Assembly (NCBI GenBank): GCA_963777505.1
Contig: CAVZQN010000004.1
Span: forward strand, 608,001-672,000
DNA from: an uncultured bacterium
GTDB taxonomy: Bacteria > Acidobacteriota > HRBIN11 > JAKEFK01
DNA length: 64,000 bases
Reading direction: 5' to 3'
A program made the position numbers and the translations under genes. The notes under the pieces are model-generated. The model did not search any database. It was not told the DNA's origin and saw nothing but the letters and a program-made list of their open reading frames with translations. Positions 58,723 through 64,000 of the stretch are shown here, piece by piece (the stretch's first letter is position 1; each line of letters begins with the position of its first letter).

Positions 58723-60029
58723 GAAGCCGGTAAAGCTTTTCTTGCAATGAAGTAGAGTACAAATCCAACACCAAGCGCACTGATCCCCGCAAACCATTGT
58801 TCCCGAGTCGCAGCGGTTAGCAAAAACAAAGAAATCAGGATTGTAATCACAGGCACTGCTGCTCCACCAGGGATGCGAAATGTATCAGGTGAAGCAATCC
58901 GTTTACGCAACAGGATCAAAGCAACAGCCGATGACACATAGGTAATAAGTCGCGCCATGGCACTGAGTGTCGCAAGATTTACAAATCCGCTGCTCAAAGT
59001 CACAACAATAACAACCAGTGTGAAGAAGAGAATTGATATATATGGCGTACGGAAAACGGGATGAACTTTTGCAAAGACTGTTGGCAATTGTTGTTGAGTT
59101 GACATTGCGAAAATGATCCGCGGTGCAGTCAGCATCGAGCCCATGATATTTCCGGTAACTGAAATGATCGCTCCCAGTGTTAGAAGAATTCCGCCCTTTG
59201 TTCCCATAATTATTTGAGCGACTTCGGCGAGCGGGCGTTTTGAAGAAGCAAGTTGAGGATGAACTGCTCCAGCAACCAGCTGAATCAAAAGGTAAACCAC
59301 AATCGTAATTCCTGTTCCTGTCAAAATCGCTCTGGGTACATCCCGCTTGGCGTCGGTCATTTCACCTGCAGGAACTGTAATTTGTTCAAAACCAGTAAAT
59401 GCAAAAATGCATAACAACAATGCCTTGGAAAGAGGCTCAAGAGAAGGAAAAGTGAATCCTTTGTATGCATCCAGGTTCATCATGGCCAGTCCGGCAATAA
59501 TAAGGATGAGCAGTGGCCCAAGTTTTGTAACCGTAAAAAAATTAATGAGCCTGCTGCTATTTCGAATCCCACGATAATTGATGAAGCCAAGGATGCCCGC
59601 TAGACAAATAATTACAAGCTGACGATACGGAGTAACAAGATCAACAAAGTAGCCGATGAATCCGATTAATGCTGCAGTTAATGCCGCAAAGGATGTCATT
59701 CTTGCGAGGAAATAGACCCAGCCAACAAGGAAAGCAGTAACACCGCCGAAGGCTTCAGACGCATAAAGATAAGCTCCTCCCGTTCGATCGAATCTCCCGC
59801 CTAATTCTGCAAAACACAAAACAATAAAAATCGTGAAAATTCCGGCGCCGATGAATGCAATGAATCCCGCATTTCCTAGAATGCCTGCAATCGTTGCAGG
59901 AAGAGCAAAAATACCTGCTCCAATGATTGAGTTAATCGTAAGTGCGACAATCCCCTTTCTTCCAACCGCCCGAACTAATTTTTGTTCGACATTCTCATTG
60001 CGTGGCTGCTCTGGTTTTGTCGCAGTCAC
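58704..60029 (-). CDS. APC-family amino acid permease
   Basis: IIGAGIF, GGAYLY and FAFTGFE. Confidence 0.9.
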   Translation of the reverse strand: MTATKPEQPRNENVEQKLVRAVGRKGIVALTINSIIGAGIFALPATIAGILGNAGFIAFIGAGIFTIFIVLCFAELGGRFDRTGGAYLYASEAFGGVTAFLVGWVYFLARMTSFAALTAALIGFIGYFVDLVTPYRQLVIICLAGILGFINYRGIRNSSRLINFFTVTKLGPLLILIIAGLAMMNLDAYKGFTFPSLEPLSKALLLCIFAFTGFEQITVPAGEMTDAKRDVPRAILTGTGITIVVYLLIQLVAGAVHPQLASSKRPLAEVAQIIMGTKGGILLTLGAIISVTGNIMGSMLTAPRIIFAMSTQQQLPTVFAKVHPVFRTPYISILFFTLVVIVVTLSSGFVNLATLSAMARLITYVSSAVALILLRKRIASPDTFRIPGGAAVPVITILISLFLLTAATREQWFAGISALGVGFVLYFIARKALPASQTASR

Positions 60030-60793
60030 AGCTTTGTTTCCGTGAGTGTGTTCATGAAGTGATAAAACGTGAGACTTGCAGCAACACCAACATTCAAAGA
60101 TTCAACTTTTCCCGCCATTGGAATACTGATCTTATAATCCATATTCATCGATTCCGGAAGCCCTGTTGCCTCTCCTCCAAGCACAATCATTGCGGGTTGC
60201 TTTAAAGAAGACTCGAAAAGGTTTGTACCTTCGCGCGGTAAAAGTCCGAATAATGAAATTCCATTTTTGCGTTGATCAGAAAGATATTCTTCAGGATTCG
60301 ATACTTTATGAATGGGAACTCGAAATACACTTCCCATAGAACCACGGATGACTTTGGGCGAATACGGGTCAACACTGTCGCTTGAACAGGCAATGAAGCG
60401 GCAACCGGTTGCTTCGGCGCTCCGAATGATCGTTCCGAAATTTCCAGGATCACGTATGGACCACATAAATGCAGCAAAGCCTTGATCCAACACAATCGGT
60501 TCAAATATTTTTCGTTTTACAACAGCAAGTATTCCTGGGGGAGTTTCAACCGTGGAAATTTCAGTCATCAACGAATCAGGAATCAAAAAAACTTCGAAAT
60601 TGTTAGAATCTTTAACAACGACATCATTCATACCACCTGGAGTCACAAATACTTCTTTTACTTCCAAGCCCGATTCGAGCGCTTCATTGAATAGCCGCTT
60701 TCCTTCGATAATACAGTCAGTTACACTTTTTCCTGCACTAACCCTTTTCGCATTTTTTATCCGTGGATTTACGGAGCTTTGTATATCTTTCAT
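60026..60793 (-). CDS. TrmH/SpoU-family RNA methyltransferase
   Basis: DPGNFGTIIRSA, GGEATG and IPM...VESLNV. Confidence 0.92.
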   Translation of the reverse strand: MKDIQSSVNPRIKNAKRVSAGKSVTDCIIEGKRLFNEALESGLEVKEVFVTPGGMNDVVVKDSNNFEVFLIPDSLMTEISTVETPPGILAVVKRKIFEPIVLDQGFAAFMWSIRDPGNFGTIIRSAEATGCRFIACSSDSVDPYSPKVIRGSMGSVFRVPIHKVSNPEEYLSDQRKNGISLFGLLPREGTNLFESSLKQPAMIVLGGEATGLPESMNMDYKISIPMAGKVESLNVGVAASLTFYHFMNTLTETKL

Positions 60794-60891
60794 AGACTTC
60801 TAAGAGCTTGCACTTCTTTACAATCTTAAAACGAATCATCTATAATTGCTGCACACTTTAGACAAGGTGAGGGCCCTGGGGGTAACTGGGT

Positions 60892-61455
60892 ATGGACGTC
60901 TACAAGGTACTGAAAGTACCTGTTGATGCAAAGCAAATTGAAATCGATAGAGCATATCAAAAATTAATAAAAGAAGCTCAATACGATTCCTCAATTCAAG
61001 TCAGAGAAGTCGAAATAGCCTACCGTATTCTCAGTGATTCGACCCAACGTACAATTTACGATACAAAGAAAGGGCATATTGCAAAACCTGCCTCAGGCAT
61101 TAAAGGAGTTAAAGCTGCCCTAAAGGGAAAAAAAGGAGCAAAGGCCAAGAAATTTTCGTTTGGTGATCAGGCGCACCGGGAAAAAATACTGAAGAAGATT
61201 GCGATTGCTTTATTTGCAATGGGAATCGTCTATTACACTTTTAGATTTGGATACAACCTGAAGAGCTTTGATCCTGGAAACAAGATTTATTTTAAGGATA
61301 ACGATCAGTTGTTTGGCGTTCTTGTTTCAGCGGAAGACAACCATAAGTTTACTTCAGGGATTGCAGACGCCTATAAAGTTCGTCTTCCTTCAGAAGAGAT
61401 GGTCTGGTTTCCTGAATCAGATGTAAAAGTGCTCTGTTACGGTAAAAAAGAGTAG
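60892..61455 (+). CDS. J-domain-like membrane protein lacking HPD
   Basis: DVYKVLKV...EIDRAYQKL...AYRILSD...R.IYD; one TM helix. Confidence 0.65.
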   Translation: MDVYKVLKVPVDAKQIEIDRAYQKLIKEAQYDSSIQVREVEIAYRILSDSTQRTIYDTKKGHIAKPASGIKGVKAALKGKKGAKAKKFSFGDQAHREKILKKIAIALFAMGIVYYTFRFGYNLKSFDPGNKIYFKDNDQLFGVLVSAEDNHKFTSGIADAYKVRLPSEEMVWFPESDVKVLCYGKKE

Positions 61456-61460
61456 GAAGA

Positions 61461-61605
61461 ATTTTAGATTTCAGATCGCAGATTTCAGATTGAAATTGTT
61501 GATTAAAGATTTAAGATTGAAAGTACTCCCAATCCTACAGGTTGTTTCCAACAATTTTTCAATCAGAAATTACAATCTGAAATCTGAAATCTAAGATCTG
61601 AAATC
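61461..61605. repeat. Heptamer tandem repeats (ATTTCAG)n and the inverse (CTGAAAT)n
   Basis: AGATTTCAGATCGCAGATTTCAGATT ... AATCTGAAATCTGAAATCTAAGATCTGAAATC between convergent genes. Confidence 0.75.
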
Positions 61606-62001
61606 TTATTGTGGGTCGATGTCTGGTTCTTTTGGTAGTTGAACGGGACGATTTTCTCGAATCCATTTAGAAATTCCGCCTTCGAGCGAATAGACTTCCG
61701 TATATCCCATTTCTTGAAGACTTCTTGCTGCAAGTGCTGAACGGTTCCCACCACCGCAATATAAACAAATTGGTTGTGATCGATCCGGTACTGTAGATTC
61801 AATTCTGAGTTCGAGAAAACCACGGGGTAAAAATAAAGTGCCTGGCAGATGGCCGGTTGTCAATTCCTGATCTTCGCGTATATCAATAACAGTCACGTTG
61901 CCCGAATCTATTCTTTTACGGAGATCGTCGGATGACATTTCACGAATCGCTTTCTTAACCGATTCGATTAACTGTTGCCAGGTTAGAGCTGATGTTTTCA
62001 T
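61606..62001 (-). CDS. Rhodanese-domain protein
   Basis: DIRE, GHLPG, YCGGGNRS and SLEGG. Confidence 0.88.
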   Translation of the reverse strand: MKTSALTWQQLIESVKKAIREMSSDDLRKRIDSGNVTVIDIREDQELTTGHLPGTLFLPRGFLELRIESTVPDRSQPICLYCGGGNRSALAARSLQEMGYTEVYSLEGGISKWIRENRPVQLPKEPDIDPQ

Positions 62002-62016
62002 TCGTAATCCTGGGAA

Positions 62017-62922
62017 TCAGATCGTTTTTTCGTAAATTTCAAGGACAGCAGGGGAGAGATATGTCTTATTTCTTGGTTGATACTTTGGGTTCAACCTCTT
62101 AACTTTCCTGAACATAAAAGAAGCTTGGTCCAGAAACCCTTTGTTATGCGATCCTGTAAGAAGATATTTCGACGCATAAGAACAGCCGAGTAAAAAGTCT
62201 GCAGGTGGATCTGTATGCGAGAGTTTTTGAACTTCAAGCAGGTACAGAATTGCAGAATCATAATCGCCTTCAAAATACTTTCGAGCCCCATTCCGTAGCA
62301 TTTTCGCCCGCATATCAGTGTTTGGATCCAGGGCTGGAGTCTCGATCTCCGGGGCAGGTTTTTTTGTTTCAGGCACAACCGATACGATCTTTTCTTCAGG
62401 TTTTGTTTCGGGAGTCGGGTTAACTTTCAATTCCTCAGCAGGAGGCTTTTCCTGAGGCTTTACTTGCGCGATCTCCACCGGCTTCTTTTCTTCTTCTATT
62501 GGTTTTTTCTCTTCTTCCTGAGGAACGACAACAGGAACATTTATAGTAGGTTTCTGGTTTTCGGCGATTTGAGGATTCTGATTGATTGCAAGTTTCGCCT
62601 TGGCAAGCGTTTTAGTCGTATTTAATCGTTGAAACAAACTCTGTTTCCTTGAAATCGCTCCTTGTTTCTCCGATATTTCAAGTTCTTTGACGGCTGCCTC
62701 AAAATTTCCCAGACTGTTATATGCAAGGCCGAGATAGAAGTGCGGGAAATAATCTCCAAATTTCATTCCATAAAACTTGATATTCGCGCCTTCTTCATTT
62801 TTTTGACGAACGGCAGCCTGGAGTTTTGGAATCGCGCCGCTAAAATTGCCGCTGTCGAGCATCTCGATTGCGGATTCATAATCTTTATGCCATTCGGCAT
62901 AGAGTGGAGAGGCAACCAGCAC
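62017..62922 (-). CDS. Exported TPR protein with Pro/Glu-rich linker (start uncertain)
   Basis: YFPHFYLGLAY TPR unit; an in-frame hydrophobic stretch extends upstream of 62922. Confidence 0.7.
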   Translation of the reverse strand: MLVASPLYAEWHKDYESAIEMLDSGNFSGAIPKLQAAVRQKNEEGANIKFYGMKFGDYFPHFYLGLAYNSLGNFEAAVKELEISEKQGAISRKQSLFQRLNTTKTLAKAKLAINQNPQIAENQKPTINVPVVVPQEEEKKPIEEEKKPVEIAQVKPQEKPPAEELKVNPTPETKPEEKIVSVVPETKKPAPEIETPALDPNTDMRAKMLRNGARKYFEGDYDSAILYLLEVQKLSHTDPPADFLLGCSYASKYLLTGSHNKGFLDQASFMFRKVKRLNPKYQPRNKTYLSPAVLEIYEKTI

Positions 62923-62960
62923 GAATAGTACTACTAACCATAGTACTACGAATAAAACGC

Positions 62961-64000
62961 TTACAATCCAAGTGAGTCGACAGCCCTTGCATAATCAAAA
63001 CCTTCTAGTTTTTCATTGATAATGATGGTTTCATTTCCACGAACTTCAACTACAAGTGTATTTTTTCCAAAGCGCGGATTTTCTATAAGGATCGTATATT
63101 TTCCGGGCGGCAATTCAATCTGACATGGTGTCATGCTGAAGGAGTTTGGTACTTTCGTGCCTTTAGCATCGCGAATTTCGCGGATCTCAGCCCAGGGTTG
63201 AACATTCACCGCAACGCGTCCATTTACAGATTCCGGTATGACGGGAACAGTCTTATCGATTGGTGGACGATCTGGTTGAGTAATAACATCCGGCTTTTCT
63301 GTCTTAAAAATGCTGGACCACACAATCGCAACAAGAAGAGCAATTCCTAGAAAACCTGAGGAGGCAACAATCCACCAGATTTTTGCCGGAGATGGAACAG
63401 GTGTCGGTGATATTGGAGGCAGATCTGGAACAACAGCATCGCTGATCACCGTTGCCGGCTGTTGATACATCGGTGAAGTTTGATTAAGGCTTGTTGGCGG
63501 AGCCTGGTTCGTGATCACTGTTCCTGGCGCGGGTTGAGGACCTGTTCCAAGACGAGCCTGTGAGGGAAGCGTAAACGCGTGTTTAGTTCTTGGTATTGGA
63601 GTCATTGAAACGGGAGTGCGTGACACTGTATATGGCGTGTGCGAGCCAGTCCGTTTCATCGTTGGAATTGGTGTACCCGCTGGATAATTCGCAGAACCCA
63701 GTTCACCAGCAGGAATTTCTTCAGCAGCATCGCCATACTGTTGTTGAACATGTGCGTAGACGTATCTCAAATCTTCGGCCATTTCTTCGCAGGTTTGATA
63801 ACGTCCATCAGGCTTTTTCGCCATTGCGCGAGATACAATTGCTTCCAGTCCTTCGGGCGGAGAAAATTGCGCATCAACAAGGGGTTCCGGATCTTCATGA
63901 ATGATTTTAAAAAGAACTGAGGTGGGGTTATCTCCCGCAAATGGTTTTCTGTAGACAAGCAATTCGTATAAAACCACTGCGAGTGAAAAGATGTCCGCTC
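62961..64000 (-). CDS. Ser/Thr kinase C-lobe + Pro-rich linker + TM + PEGA-like domain (5' end beyond window)
   Basis: DIFSLAVVLYELL...PF, RAMAKKPDGRY, VNVQPWAEI and LPPGKY. Confidence 0.85.
   Translation of the reverse strand, partial: ADIFSLAVVLYELLVYRKPFAGDNPTSVLFKIIHEDPEPLVDAQFSPPEGLEAIVSRAMAKKPDGRYQTCEEMAEDLRYVYAHVQQQYGDAAEEIPAGELGSANYPAGTPIPTMKRTGSHTPYTVSRTPVSMTPIPRTKHAFTLPSQARLGTGPQPAPGTVITNQAPPTSLNQTSPMYQQPATVISDAVVPDLPPISPTPVPSPAKIWWIVASSGFLGIALLVAIVWSSIFKTEKPDVITQPDRPPIDKTVPVIPESVNGRVAVNVQPWAEIREIRDAKGTKVPNSFSMTPCQIELPPGKYTILIENPRFGKNTLVVEVRGNETIIINEKLEGFDYARAVDSLGL

Noticed and set aside
1377-61605. CRISPR array
   Set aside because: Repeats are dispersed or short tandem units; no regular repeat-spacer structure and no cas genes.

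Overview
Gene-dense bacterial chromosomal window, roughly 44% GC by eye. Gene content (TonB receptor, exported PQQ-like propellers, Hanks kinase-TPR proteins, HEAT-associated Che cluster) suggests a diderm such as an Acidobacteriota member; this is inference. All family calls come from motif recognition, with no database search. The standout is a ~15 kb minus-strand locus (1-14923): four exported PQQ-like beta-propellers, an EhpF-like adenylating enzyme coupled to an EhpG/LuxC-like reductase, an Fe-alcohol dehydrogenase, a HemN-like radical SAM enzyme, a TonB receptor and a DUF3311/SSS symporter. No phenazine-core or pqq genes are in the window. Both transcription units of the locus have an identical 18-bp BlaI/MecI-type palindrome upstream. 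The rest holds hydrolases, a frameshifted kinase-TPR gene followed by two small secreted paralogs, liuBCDE-like genes, a bacilliredoxin, a split Lhr helicase, tandem NrdR-like boxes upstream of a lytic transglycosylase, a receptor-less Che cluster with an ExeA-like ATPase linked to ribH-nusB, and an iscA/erpA-GT2-amrA block. Several families of short intergenic repeats are present. I found no rRNA, tRNA, CRISPR array or transposase.
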